From NCBI GenBank assembly GCA_964016885.1, contig OZ024740.1:365428001-365492000 (forward strand): a stretch of DNA of 64,000 bases, read 5' to 3'. Positions 40,417 to 54,012 of this stretch are shown here, in pieces; positions within the stretch are counted from its first letter, which is position 1, and each line of letters starts with the position of its first letter. The notes under the pieces were generated by a model. It was not told where the DNA came from. It searched no databases and saw only the letters and a program-made list of their open reading frames with translations. The translations under genes were made by a program, and so were the position numbers. This DNA comes from Eledone cirrhosa. Taxonomy: Eukaryota.

Positions 40417-40946
40417 GTAAATTTCTTTAAGTTGTTTGGAAGCCTCGACAATGCAAATGGGTAAATCTCCGGGTAACAAGATCCGGTGGTGGAGAGAGAG
40501 ATGTAAATGGGTGTACGTTGAGATGCGTGGCGTGTATAAGACGTGTAGAGGAATGAAGGAAAGAGCGTAAAGGATAAAAATAAAAATAACAACACGAGAG
40601 AGAGTTACCTTGGGAGAGATTTAATTGTCCCTATATATTTCGGATTCACATCCATCAACTGGGTTTTTTTTCCGGGGTGGGGGAAAGGTTGTCTGTCGGA
40701 AAGGTGCGAAACGTGTCCTCCGCTGTTCGTTGTTTTGAATATCTCTCCCAAGGTAACTCTTTCTCGTGTTGTTATTTTTATTTTTATCCTTTACGCTTTT
40801 TCCTTCATTCCTCTACACGTCTTATACACGCCACGCATCTCAACGTACACCCACTTACATCTCTCTCTCCACCACCGGATCTTGTTACCCGGAGATTTAC
40901 CCATTTGCATTGTCGAGGCTTCCAAACAACTTAAAGAAATTTACCT
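40417..40946. repeat. Inverted repeat (arms about 200 bp) of a Penelope-type terminal repeat
   Basis: 40417-40620 is the reverse complement of 40741-40946. A diverged copy lies at about 3180-3410. The spacer contains a hammerhead-like variant (ggat-gtga-atcc-GAAA-tata-TA, minus strand). Confidence 0.8.
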
Positions 40947-40985
40947 TATTATTCCACAATGCTTCAAGCAAACTTCAATACTCTC

Positions 40986-41045
<60 letters not shown>

Positions 41046-41856
41046 TACTAACAGTTTACCTATCATTCTGTCTTTTTACCTACATATCTCTTTACCTTGC
41101 TATCTATCATTCTATCTATTTACCTGTAAACCTACCTATCATTCATAAACTGTGTCTTATTGTTGTACATTATCTTTTTTCTTTTTGCGCCTCTTCTATT
41201 ATTCTGTGACGAGTTTTGGTTAGTTTTGTTTCAATAGCCCAAATGTAGTCAATCATTTAAACCAAAGGTTCTCAACCCATTTCGGCTAAACGAAATCACG
41301 AAACGCCCCCTACACAATTTTTCCATTTTTCAATATACTACTTATTTTGATATCAGTAGATTACTAAAACATTGATTAGCGATATTCCAAAGATACCATT
41401 GCAGGCAGTTGAAAGTATAAATACATTCCTTGAAAGTAAGTATATATATTTAAAAAAAAGGAACATAAATGTTCTTTTTTATGAATAAGGACCAGTTGAA
41501 TTTGTTATATTCCCACCAGACGATACCAGCTATTTTGAACATTTATACAAGAGCAACTCTGTCTATCCAAGAGTGCTCTTATCTGGAAGAAAGTGGCAAT
41601 TGTATCATTTCAAAGCTTTCCAATTTTCCCTTTAATGAAACGGACAGAATAAATGTTGATATCTAACTTGATGTCCCCTCCGCTTTGTGAGCTTAGAGAC
41701 CACGGAAGAGGGTTTTCATGACCACGTAAGAGGGTATATTCATTAGTAAACGGTAAAATATATACAACAAATGAGTAAGTGAATTGTGGTAGATCGTTTC
41801 CAGTCCAGTCAGACTGCAACTACAAATAAAACAAATCGACTTACTTTCACCTCGTT

Positions 41857-43615
41857 TCAATGGGACCCTTGAGCTTCATGGAGTTTAGCTAACTCTTTGA
41901 CGTCAGGCTGGATTTTCGTAAGATGTAGCCGGAGATTTCCACGTACAATCACATTGTAGCGGTTGCGAGCCTTACTATGCAGTCTGGAAACAGCGCCAAA
42001 CCCCCTCTCGACTAAGTATGAGCTAGGAAAAGGCAAAGCAAATCTCTTAGCCTCTGTATCTAGGAGTGGAAATCGACGCTGAATTTCCTCTTGCATCCAA
42101 AAAAGGGGTTCACCTATTTTGAAAAATTTAATTTTGATAATGTCATCTGTCTGAAGTTCAATTAATTCTTCCTGAAATTTAACGTCCAAATCGTCGACGT
42201 TAGCTACGAAGGGATCTGCTATCCACATTGGGATGTCCATCTGCAAAAGGTCGACAAACCGTTCTCTCATGTTGTCTTGTAGTGCACGGAGTTGCGCGGT
42301 ATAAATTTGGAGTTGGTCATCGCTCACAATGTTTTGAATATTGGCGACACTAGGAAAATTATAGAATTCCCGTCGACAAAGATTCCTTTCGATGACTTTC
42401 AATTTGGCCAGGAATATTTTCACAGCATTCCTTGCTTTAAACAAGGTGATCTTCTCCCCCTGCAAAGTCACAATGAGGCTATTGCATTTGTCGAAGATGT
42501 CGGCGAGGTAGGCGCAGCCTCGCCTCACATCGAGGGTTTTTTTGTACAGTTCTGTGTTGCGTCCTCGAAGAAACTCAATGATAGAGTCGAACAGTTCAAA
42601 GAAGCGAGTAAGGCACTTGCCCTTTGAAAGCCACCTCACTTCAGTATGAAGGAGCAACCCGGCGAATTCTTCGTCATTATCTTCGCACAGTTGCCGGAAA
42701 ATTCGTTCATTGAGGGCATGGCGTTTGATATAATTAATGACATCAATGGCTACCTGCAAAGACTTTCTCAGCGGCTCGCTGAGTTTCTTCGCAGCCAAGT
42801 GTTGTCGATGAATGACACAATGAACAGCAAATACAGATGGATTTTCCCTCTTCAGAAGAGAGACAAAACCCTTATGTTGGCCGACCATTGCTCTTGCGCC
42901 GTCCGTAGCTGATGATACAATATTGTTAAGAGGTATCTCTTTTTCTTCGAGGTATCCCTTGACAGATTCAAAGATGGTGGCACCTTTAGTATCTGTGGCT
43001 AGATTCAGAGTGAAGAAAAGCTCCTCGTGCATTTCGTTTTGGTGGAAAAATCGCACGTATCCCAGTAGTAAGGACTGATTCCCGGAAAGTGTGCTTTCAT
43101 CAAGTTGCAAAGAAAATTGTGTCGATTTCAAGATGTTGCATAATTTTTGTTCAACATTTTCCGCCATTTCGTCGATGCGTCTCCTTATTGAGTCGTTACT
43201 CAACGGAATACATTTCAAGGTCTTTAACGGGTTCTGATGAAGTACTGTTGATAGAACTTCTGAGATGACAGGAACTACCAATGTTTCACCCAAGGAATGG
43301 GGCTTGCCACACTTTGCGATTATGTTGGCAATATTGTAAGATGCGACAAGTCCATCAACATTTGTAGCTTCAACTTTTGAAAAGGCAGAAGAAATTAGTG
43401 TTGTTTTCTGGAATTGGTCCCTAAGAGACTGAAAGTATGCTAAATCTTTATATCTCTTATCAGGGTGCCTCACCTCCAGGTGTCTACTCATTCGAAAAGG
43501 ACTCCTTGCAAATTAAACACATGGGTGACAAGTGGTTCGATGGCGATGGGATGAATCCGAATCGTAAATAATCAACGCTGTACTGCATGCATTTTTTCTT
43601 CATTGCCGAGGCCAT
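41857..43615 (-). pseudogene. hAT transposase (ZBED5/SCAND3/Buster-like); 544-aa open C-terminal part, BED finger frameshifted
   Basis: LQLDEST, ATDGA, HCVIHRQHL, HTEVRWLSKG, PSSYLVERGF, AQGSH. The upstream frame from ATG 43615 (YSVDYLRFGF..PMCLIC..FSNE*) is broken by a small deletion before RHL. Confidence 0.88.
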
Positions 43616-43644
43616 TTTCTGTTTATCGAATGTGTTTGGTAAAA

Positions 43645-44564
43645 TTACGTAAATATTTTCCTATATAAACCTATTTTACGATGATCCCCGAGAGATGATC
43701 CATTATGATGATTTCTATAAAAAAGTATTTCGTTCCTTAAAGAAAATTCATCAAGCTCTGGATAGTGTATGATCACTTCAGCACAAAAATTTCCATTGAG
43801 TAAAATATTGCTCAGTTTTTCATAATCTGCTAAATCCTGTGAAAAAAAAAAATCTTTCAAATTTGATATTGCAGTATCCACTACCTGCAAATACTGCACT
43901 GTGTAATGATCCAAAGCAGTGCAGTGTTGATATTTTAACGCATGTCCTTCCTGGTATCTTTTAGGAACTTTTCGTTGCCTGGATAGCTCCAAAGGAGAAA
44001 TATTGAGTTGATAAATCACTTTATCTGCTGTATTGAACAACTCCTGAAATTTGTCTTCATTGCGTATATTGTTTAGCTCCTCCTGCACCAGTTTGACACT
44101 ATGCAACATGCTACCTAGATTAAAGGTGGTACTTTGAAAAGATTTGTTCAATCCTTCAAGGAATTGAAGTAATGGAATTACAACGTGCAATCCAAGAACA
44201 CATTGGCCGGAGAGTGACACGTAAGAATAACATTAGCTCTGGATGCAATGTTGGTGCCAAACTCATTTGTTGCCTCTTGTAAAGAAATAGGGACATCTGA
44301 ATAATTGTCAAGAAGGGCTTTGATTGCAGAAAGTCGTGTTAGCCATCGAGTAGGGCACACAGGTTTTAAGGAGAGTGGTGACGATACTTCATTTTCTTCA
44401 TCATGTTGTGATAAATATGCGTGCTTAAATTTCCCTGATGTACTATATAGTTTCCGCAATTCATTCACGTAATCTAGAAAATTTTTGATAAGTGAAGCTT
44501 GTTGTATGGACTTAGCTATAATAAGTTGAGAAATATGAATGCCGCAGTGCACGTAATGGGCCAA
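43645..44564 (-). pseudogene. Second, unrelated hAT transposase relic (ZMYM1/Tip100-like)
   Basis: YVHCGIH...LKPVCPTRWLTRL...LNKSFQS...IRNEDKF...RQRKVPKRY; frameshifted. Confidence 0.7.
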
Positions 44565-45031
44565 ATAAAGTTATGTTAGAATCTTTAAAAAGATCTTTAA
44601 AAATACCCGTACGAATTAAATACAAAAAAAGTTTCAGTCCAAAACAAAAGCAAACTATTTCAAATTATATATTTTTGAAAAATAGACGTGTATGTTCTCT
44701 AAGACTTGATTTCAGTCGAAAAAGCTTTTTTAAAAATTCTATATTTCACTGTTAGCTGTTGAAATATTTTGATTGGATAAACAATTCTACAATTCAAACT
44801 GTAAAGTCAAAATACAAAAGATGTAAAATATGAAGAATTTCTTACTTTTCTCTGAAATCACAAACTCAGGGGAAAATAGTACCTTGCAAAATAAAATACG
44901 TCGTAGCAAAATAAAATACTTAGCAACGAATGAATTGAGAAGCTTGGAGACAGTGATAAAGTAGTATTTGTATCCCTTATATATATATATACACAGACAC
45001 AGACACACACACACACACACACATAGACGCG

Positions 45032-45107
<76 letters not shown>

Positions 45108-45226
45108 TACACACACACACAAACTTGTGTGTGTGTGTGTGTGTGCCTTGGTTTGGGTACAGAAAGTATAATATATATATAGTGACGAAACATAAGTCAG
45201 TTGCATGAACTCATAATCCTTTATTT

Positions 45227-45282
45227 ACTGCTATATATATTTCGATGATAGCCATTGAATGGTTATGACCTCATCAGGCAGT
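45227..45282 (-). ncRNA. Minimal type-I hammerhead ribozyme (same family as 36226)
   Basis: actgc-CTGATGA-ggtcataacca..tggctatcatc-GAAA-tatata-TA-gcagt. Confidence 0.82.
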
Positions 45283-45345
45283 TAGTCAGTTCTTAGATAT
45301 GCCAGCTCTGTGTTTATAGTGTTGATGGTATCAGAGCCTTGGGAC

Positions 45346-45433
<88 letters not shown>

Positions 45434-45867
45434 CGAAGGAAATGTGGTAAGGAACCAGATGGACCATAACGCACCAAAGTACCCAATACTTAGGGTAGTA
45501 GAGTGGGTAATAGGAACGAGATATATAAATTACGAGAGAAAGAGGGAGGGACAGAGAGAGTAAGAAATGTGTGTGTGTGTGTGTGTGTGTGTGTTTGGTA
45601 TACATCTATCTATCTCCAACAGGGAGCTCAAACATGCGGCCCGCGAATTACTTTTCTGTGGCCCGTGGTAGAACCAATATTTCATATTGCATTATAACTG
45701 GTGAGCATAAGGCGGCGAGCTGGTGGAATCGTTAGCACATCTGACGAAATACTTTACGGTACTTCTTCTGATTAACTCACTCGATATGCAAAATAGGCCG
45801 CTCAGCCGTTAATATGCATAAGGAAAGTATATACTTTCAGACATTCAATCATCTGGTAGGAAGGTAT

Positions 45868-45910
45868 ACGGTGCTGACGATAGCTAATAAGCTTGAAACT
45901 AGTACATCGT
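45868..45910 (+). ncRNA. Minimal type-I hammerhead ribozyme
   Basis: acggtg-CTGACGA-t agct aata agct t-GAAA-ctag-TA-catcgt. Palindromic stem III actagt. Confidence 0.75.
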
Positions 45911-46113
45911 TCCTTTGTCAGTGTTGAACAAAAGGGCAACGATGGTTGCTAAACACTGTACGGCTTAATTCAGGTTGTTTGTTTACAAACAAACCGAGCA
46001 TTATAATAAATGTTCGGTAAATCCATACGTACATATATATATGTGTACATGTATGTATATATATATACATACTACTGTGCGTCTGTATACATATATGTAT
46101 GTACGTATACATA

Positions 46114-46159
<46 letters not shown>

Positions 46160-46161
46160 CG

Positions 46162-46719
46162 TATGTAACCTATGTGCAACCACGCAGTATTCATTCTTCT
46201 CATGTTTTTTATATATATTTTCCCCAGCTGCATTTGTCTGTTTCTCTGTTACTGCTTCCCCCCTCTCTCTGTTTCTCTCACCTTCTTTCGCCCCCTCTGT
46301 CAGTTACACTTTCTCTCGACTGGCCTCTTCCTCGCACTTCCACTCACTCACTCTCTGCTTTTCCCCTTCTCACTTCCTCCCGTTTGGCCTGAAGTGGGGT
46401 CTTTTCTTGCTCACACCTCACTCGCGTCGCACGTCTGTTGTTTCTCGCTCATGAAATCCACACAGCTTTAGCTGATCGGACTCCCATGTGCTTGTTTTTT
46501 CCTATCTTTGCGTTGCTATCCTTCTATGTTTGTTTACTTGTCTCGCTCGCTTTACGCGATCTACTTGTCCCAATAGCTTTATTTAGCTATTGCTCGCACC
46601 AACTGGAGGTATATGATTTTTAAAGCGATGAAATACCAATGAAGGCTGGAAAATCACTGATGAAGGACTATTTTTATCATATGTAACCCATGTGCAACCA
46701 CGCAGTATTCATTCTTCTC

Positions 46720-46730
<11 letters not shown>
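46162..46730. repeat. 570-bp unit bounded by ~50-bp direct repeats inside (TA)n
   Basis: atgtaacc(t/c)atgtgcaaccacgcagtattcattcttctcatgtttt occurs at 46162 and 46681. A truncated CTGATGA core lies at about 46657. Confidence 0.65.
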
Positions 46731-46793
<63 letters not shown>

Positions 46794-47004
46794 CATACAT
46801 TTACGTACGTATATAGCTATGCATTTATACATTTGTATATATACATGCATTTATATTTAAGTGTGTAAAGATGTTGATATGATCTATGTCTTCTTTTTTT
46901 GTAAGGAGAAAAATTTTGTCGCCAGATTTTATTAGAGATTAAATACCACACCTCTGTCTGAAAGCTGACTGGGTTCTCAACCTCATCAAACACTAACGCC
47001 GGCC

Positions 47005-47049
<45 letters not shown>

Positions 47050-47239
47050 TCACCACCATTGCTTCTTTTTGTTGTCATTTCTGTTGAAGTACTCCTTATT
47101 TTCATTCTCTTTGATTTCTTTTGATTTTCTTTTATCTCCTTAGAGAATTCGTTGACAAGCTTCTTTTATTTATTTTCTTCGCTTTCTTCATTCAAATCCA
47201 TTCACACTGGCTGTCTAAGAGACGTACAAATATGACTTA

Positions 47240-48162
47240 CTAGCAGTGGTACCCGGCGTTGCACGGAATAAGGTATTTTGGAACGCGGGCCGCCAACAGA
47301 CCTAATCGTGGAAAAACTGCATGCGTGGACAATATATAAAGAAAATAAACCGAATACTCTGATGGCTCGATAATCTTTAAGATTTTCCTCGATGAAGCAG
47401 GAAAAATGCAGGTTTTCACCTAATGCGGGCCCTAGGGGATCAAGAAAATGAATTTTTTTATGTGCATAATATACCTTGAAATTTCGGGAAAATCGGCTAG
47501 ACGTAATGCCTCAAAAAAGCCCTAAAAAGCTGAAAAAATTAAGTTTTTCACCTAATGTGGGCCCTAGGCCATAAAAAAGTTGGATTTTCTTTGCTCACGG
47601 TATGAAGAAGAGACTGACTAATACATAGATACAATTTCAAGGAAATCAGTTGATGTAACGCCCCCCCCCCCCCCCCCCTGATAAAACGCAGTTTTTCAAC
47701 TAAGCGGGCCCTAGGGGATCAAAAAGTTGAATTTTTTATGTGCATAACACTCTCTCAAACATAAGTAATACACATATTAAGTTTGAAAAAAGTCGCTTGG
47801 GTACTTCTCGAGTTTTAGGGATTCAAACTCACACACACACACACACACACACAGAGACATCCTCAGGGAAGTGACGTAATGCAGACAGCCAGACATACAG
47901 ACAGATATTATAAGGGCGCGACGTTATATGTATGTATCTATCTAAAAAGAGAAAGACTAAGAATTATAGAGCGAGATCGCTAAATCGCCTAATGCGGTCC
48001 TTAGGGCATTGAAACTTTGAAATTATTTTTGCTCAGAACACTCCTTGAAATATAAGTATTACATGTGTAAAGTTTGAAAACAGTCGGTTTGGTGGTTCTC
48101 GAGTTTTAGGGATTCGAACTCTCACACACACAGACAGATATCCTCAGTTTTATATATATAGA
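47240..48162 (-). mobile_element. Non-autonomous Helitron nested in the hAT element
   Basis: Minus strand: A|TCTATATATATAAAAC ... ccgtgcaacgccggg ... CTAG|T. Internal repeats of cctaatgcgggccctagg. Confidence 0.88.
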
Positions 48163-48555
48163 TAAATCTTACCAAACTAAAGGGTCTTCTAGTGCCCCCA
48201 AAGTTTAAAACGCCCCCTTACTGCATACCCCCCCCTGGAGCTACGATACGCTCCCCGTTGAGAACCTTTGATTTAAACAGCTCAGATATTTTACATCTGG
48301 GATATACTCATCTTCATTATATATATATATGTGAATATATATATATATATATTGTATATATATATATAACAAAGAGGGTGTGGTAAGATACCAGGTGGAC
48401 CATCAATTTGTCAGAATATACATAACATCTCAATGAAAAGAGATCGCTAAAAAATCTCATTTAGAGAAGCATATATATGTATATAGAACATCTTACACAA
48501 AAACACTGAGGAGTAGATAACTGTTGAAGAATCTTTCCCTAGAGATCAAAAAATT

Positions 48556-48652
48556 ATCCTTACTACAGTTTCAAAATTCAAAAGAATAACATATACCCCT
48601 CCAATAGATTGTTATGGCCATCATTAACAGAATGGACTTCTCTTCAGAGGAT
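48556..48652 (-). ncRNA. Hammerhead ribozyme motif with long stem II region
   Basis: atcct-CTGAAGA-...-GAAA-ctgtag-TA-aggat. Confidence 0.6.
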
Positions 48653-49442
48653 TTATTCTGTAAGGTATAAGAAAATAAAAAATACATATACCCGCGTGGT
48701 GTAAGAAATTAATCCTGCTTCTATTAGCGGGTATTTATTTCGTCGATCATGTCAACTCCAATAGTTATTTTTGAAATCTTGTACTTATTTTATCGAGCCG
48801 TTTCGTCCAACCGCTATGTTACCGGACATAATCACAGACTCAGCAAATGTAAACGGACACACATACACACAAACATACACATCGACGCACATAATAAATC
48901 TGTATTATCTGTGCTGACTTGGAGCTAAAATCATACAAGCCAGGTTTCCGATTTGAGAATAACACATTTCCTTCCACCTACTAGTCTCGGAAGTTTCACA
49001 AACGGTGATGGACTTTTCTCTTCTATTTCTGATAAAGCGATAAAAAAATGAAAATAAAGCAAACTTTCTTTTGCGTATGGAAGCAATTGTTATATTTTAA
49101 TGATGGGTATAAAGCGAACAAAACTAAATTATATATACATATTTCTTTTTTTTTTTTTTTCGGGGAAAAAGGACAACCAAGCGGACCTTCAAGTGACTTG
49201 ACCCAGAACGTAATCAGCTATAATGAAATACCACAAGGTATTTCGCTTTACCGATTCAACCAAACTATCGTCTTAAAGTAACAGAGTATTGATAAGAATT
49301 AGATAATGAATTTTTAGAGGCATGGAGTCAATTTAGATAGTAGGAAAAGGAAACCTATTAACTCGACTCCACTATATGTTTGATGCCTATTACATCGATT
49401 TCAAAGGGATAACAATCAGTGTGGATCCCGTACTAACTTAAG

Positions 49443-49638
49443 CAGACCCGTCAACTCTCTCCGTCCGGACGAGGACATCTCCCACCCACTTTGGGGTGGG
49501 TGAGAGATGTCTTCTCTTGTAAAAATGGGTATAGCTCTCATTATGTAAACTCTCCCCATTTTGCCTCATTTCTCCCCGCTTTGGGGCAATATTTTTCATG
49601 GTACTCCCCGATGGAGTATTTAGAGGTTGGCAGGTCTG
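49443..49638. mobile_element. MITE (196 bp)
   Basis: TIRs cagacccgtcaac / gttggcaggtctg. CTTAAG flanks both sides; this is a 6-bp TSD, or TTAA if the TIR includes the G. Confidence 0.7.
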
Positions 49639-51049
49639 CTTAAGGAACCAAGTTGGATATCACTTTTAGCTATCTCGTTAATTTCTTTATGAGAGGCATG
49701 CATGTAACATGATTTCATTTTCCTTCTTCTTTAAACTTGGGGATAGATGAACGGTTAAATGGACACCAGCTTGATTTGAACTCAGAACATATAATGGCGT
49801 TAATAAACGCTGTTTAGCATTTAGTTCACTGATCTACTAATTAATAGCAATCCCCTACGGCCTTAATGTACGAAATCGATAATGCAGTGGTGTTGAGAGA
49901 TATAAAATTATTTCCTACTCATACCATTTTATAACAAGAAAATATCTTATGGCAAAGAAATATATCATTAATTCCATTTATGATTAAAGTATAGCCTTTT
50001 AGATATAATGCATATTGTTTTATATAAAACTGATGATAAAAGATTAAAAAAAACGAAAAAAACTACAGAGCTACAACGCTTCAAATGATTGAGCTGTAAG
50101 TTATTGTAATAAGATAAAAAGCAGTAACTTGCATTTTAACATGTTTCTACTATCGAAATCTTTACGTTTCATGAAACTTGCTAATATATCAAAATTTCCT
50201 ATTTGACAGTAGCTGATAATTTAAAAAAATGAAATCTGTATCAGCATAAAGATAACGAAAGGAGACAAACAGACAAGTAAAATAAACCTTTGTGTCGTAA
50301 TGATAATGATAGATTCATGAATGCTATTTTTACTAAGTATTTTGATATTTCTAAATAAGTATAACCACGTCATCAAATTTGACAGCTATTTCACGTATAC
50401 TAGTTACACAAATTTCCAGAATATTATGGCAGCTCGACTTTCTTTCACTTTCCTCTGAGTTTGGACTACTTAATCAGAAATTTCTTTCCCCTGTTATATG
50501 GAAATGTTCACGTTAGAGATAAAAGAACGAATGCAATAATCATGTATCTATTATTTTTAATTTTAGAATTATATAGGGATTGCATGTCTCAGCAGGAGCT
50601 ATCTTTGTTTTTCATCGTTTCATGAGCCGGTAAAATAAGTACCAGATTGGTTCTATTGTGAGGAATTCAGTTAATATAACAATGGTTTAAAACATTTATC
50701 GCTTTTTTGGCACGAATGAGGACGTGTTTTGTACTCATTTTTATTTTTTATCAAGGACATCGTAACTCACGCTCACGGAAATGTCAGACACATTATTTAC
50801 AATTGTTACATTTTCACAAAATGATTTGTGATATTTAGTTATAGCATTCTACGTTCTGAGTCTAAATCCCACCGCGGTCAACTTTGACTTTCATCCTTTC
50901 AGAGTTGCTAAAATCAAGCACCAGCCATATAACTGGAGTCGATATAATCGACTTTCACCTTCAACCAGTTTGCTGGTCTTGTGCCAATGTTAAAAATAGT
51001 TACTACAGTTAACTGTGTTAACCGTCCCCGAGAAGCGTGGGATGGATGT

Positions 51050-51650
51050 ACAAAGGTTGTGTATCCAGAAACTCCAAAGAGGGACCACAAGGGAGAAAAT
51101 ATTAACAATTAGTAACTGGAAAGTTACAGTTTTTACAGGCAAGGATCAGGAATTAGTGGAGGTGACCAGATGTCACTGATTAGATATGGTTTGGATTTCC
51201 CCAACAACGTTCCGTGGCACTAGGACTCTAGATTTAGATGGAGATGGAAACTCTACTATTCAGCTGTGGTGCCAAATTGGATTGCACAGGCTGTCTAAAT
51301 GTGTTATGAATTTATCTTTTGAAGCTGAGGCGGAAAGAAAAGTCTCTGAGTATGGTGCAAGATTATGTGTCAAACAGAGAGTCCGAAGACAGATCCTTCC
51401 TTGATGAAGTCACTGCAACGTTAGATGCACCTACGACTGAGTCATATATTCTAATGTGAGACTTCAATACTAATTTTCGTACTGGTTACATTACATGGAA
51501 AGGAGTGATTGGAAGGAACGGTGACCCCGATCTAAATGCGAACAGAGAGGCCTTATTAGATTTCACTTCTAGTAATGGGCTCTCGATTATGAACATCCTC
51601 CAGCACAAACATATCCATAGATATATATGGTAATGGGGAAATCAGGTACC
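51050..51650 (+). mobile_element. RTE-type LINE endonuclease relic (same family as 18640)
   Basis: attatgaacatcctccagcacaaacatatccatagatatatatgg is similar to 18675-18720; DFN-like and WKGVIGRNGDPDLN motifs. Confidence 0.65.
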
Positions 51651-51949
51651 CAGATATTATGAAGTGCATGCGTTGCTTTATAGCTAGGAGTGGCTATTCA
51701 GCCACATGGTTTGCAGTTTTGCCCTACCGCGTGGCACTTTGGGCAAATGTTTTCTACTACAGCCTTGAGTTCACCAACGCATTCTGAGTGACATATGGTA
51801 GACGCCACTGTGCGATGAATTTAAATCCTAAATTATATATAAATATATAACTATACATTAAGCATATATATGTATAGGCAGTGTCGTTAGTATATAAATA
51901 TATAGAGTATTTACGTATCGAGAGAGAGAAAAAAGGAAGGATAGGTGAT

Positions 51950-53620
51950 ACATGTAGTTATTTGCCAAATAGCGTATGCAGAAGGTGCTCAATACTAGTG
52001 CCGACAGTGTTAGATATTAGAGGTGTTAATATCTAGTGGGCGTAAGCACGTGGAAAAGTAAGAAATAGGAGAACAGACCGTTAATACATGCTTATTTAAA
52101 ACAGCACCCACATACGTTTCGCCCGGATGGGCTTCTCAAGGGCATAAATAACTAAAAAGTGTTCCTTACATGGCCCGGAAAGTGTTTTTGGAGGTAAGTT
52201 CACGTCAGAGTTCATTCTTCGCAAAAAAAGCGTGTTTTGATTTTGCAGTAGATCAAGGGAGGTAACTCTGGCCGGTGTTAGGGCAGTCTTTCCCGGAAAA
52301 AGTTTTATCCGTTACAAGATGTGGTACAACCTTACCATTGTCGATACGCACAGGGTCAGGTAAGCAACGTTTTTTTTGCACCTGCCCGCCTGGGTCATTT
52401 GAAGCTGGGTCTGGGATGCATGGTTAGTTTTCGTATGTTTTTTGCAGCGCCTGCCCGCCGGGGTGTTAAAACTTGTTGCAGGGAGACCAGGTATACGGTT
52501 TCACTCCTCATCCTTATCCCATCTGAAGAAGGATTTTTTAAGCGATGTGTACAGCCTATCGTCGTTTCAGCTCTGCTGTTGATGAGCTCGTGGGGTGCCG
52601 TTATGATGTGTTAGAGCTCCATGAGGCAAAGATCGCATTTCCTCTTGAAGTTGTACGGTGCAGCCCTGCCGACAATATCCCAGTGCGTGGAGAAGCTGAT
52701 GTTTAAGTCTTTTAATGATGTGATGTAGTCCGCGAGCGAAGTGGAGTGTCTTAATTTCTTATTTTTGAAAGAGTGGAGATGTGTTCGAAATCTAATTTTG
52801 AACGGGCCAGAGGTAGCCCCTATATAATGTTTAACGCTATTGTGGCTAGTTACAGTGCACCTATATATAACCTTCCCAGTCAAGCAGTATCTCCTAAGGG
52901 GCAGCGTCCCCTGTCGCAGCAGTTGCAATTTCGGTCGCGGTCCCTTCTAATTCCCACGGTAAGGCTATCATTATTGCTATCTACGTTGTTACTACGCTCC
53001 CGCACCTGTCGTTAGCACCATTACAACCCACTGTGGCGGGGTGGTACCATTATTATTCCGCACGTCATGTCCTGCATGTTCCCCAGTCATTTCGCGGTTA
53101 TGCTGGTTGCGTCTGTAGAGGCTGTTGCCAGCACTATTGTATGCTGCTAGGGAGTCGTTAAGGCCGATATAGTTATTGTCAGGTGTAGGTGCGTCTGTAC
53201 TAAGGTGTCGTGTCTTGGTGATCTTACTGTGATTAGTTGTTCCTATGATGTCTGCTAGGTTAGGAGTAGTAGAGAAGGATATTTTTATATTGTTCCTATT
53301 AAGGATTTTTCTATACCTATAGTTGGGTGTGAAGTTCTTCTCTAAGGCTTCGAAGAATATCCGGGGTATGTCGGAGGCCACACTCCGGGAGTAGGGGGGA
53401 TGGAACCATAGGACGTTACGGTGGCGATTACATGTCCTTGTACGTTTGCTACGGGTGGTTCCATCAGGGTAACCGTCCTTATGCATGTTAATGCGCTGTA
53501 GCCCTTTACGTGCCCCTTTCACTTTATGCTCGGGTGCACTCTTCTTCCTTCTGCTATGTTTATGTACAGGAAGATGTTGGTTGGAAGGCGTTGGTAGTAG
53601 GCCGTCGCCTTTGTTGATTC
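51950..53620 (-). mobile_element. Penelope-like element (linker plus GIY-YIG; tentatively Nematis-type)
   Basis: RNVLWFHPPYS...ILNRNNIKISFSTTPNL; VIYRCTV..HYIGATSGPFKIRFRTH..STSLADYI..CDLCLME. A degenerate hammerhead variant (cttgagaa-gccc/gggc-gaaac) lies at about 52110-52140. Confidence 0.82.
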
Positions 53621-53723
53621 ATATACATATACATATATACACATACATACATACATACATACATACATACATACATACATACATACATACATACATACAT
53701 ACATACATACATACATACATACA

Positions 53724-53926
53724 TGGTGGCTGCCAGCTCGTTTTCGAGTACGGCCACTACTTTATATCCATGTAGGAGAACCCCTACCGATGCGCTGAAC
53801 GAGTGTGACTTTTTAGTCCAGCCAGCGACTTGAAAACTCTGGTACAAACACTACACTTGTGACAATTATTGACACAGTGCTGGGCCCATGGTACCATGTG
53901 ACGACAAGTGCAGAGAGATCTCCAGA
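53724..53926 (-). mobile_element. RTE-type LINE 3' end (C2H2 zinc finger) embedded in (ATGT)n
   Basis: CSVCTRVFKSLAGLKSHTRSAH*, a 3' stem-loop ctcgaaaacgag, then (ATGT)n. The same tetranucleotide repeat lies on the 5' side. Confidence 0.7.
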
Positions 53927-54012
53927 TATACATACATACATACATACATACATACATACATACATACATACATACATACATACATACATACATACATACA
54001 TACATACATACA

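Larger units (their letters stand above)
41263..48270 (-). mobile_element. hAT (Buster/Charlie-type) DNA transposon, 7008 bp, with nested cargo
   Basis: Perfect 14-bp TIRs CAAAGGTTCTCAAC at 41263-41276 and 48257-48270. Identical 8-bp TSD ATTTAAAC with central TA at 41255-41262 and 48271-48278. Confidence 0.92.

Noticed and set aside
41857-43491. Domesticated ZBED5/SCAND3-like host gene
   Set aside because: It lies within intact TIRs and a TSD and has a frameshifted BED finger, so it is a transposon copy.
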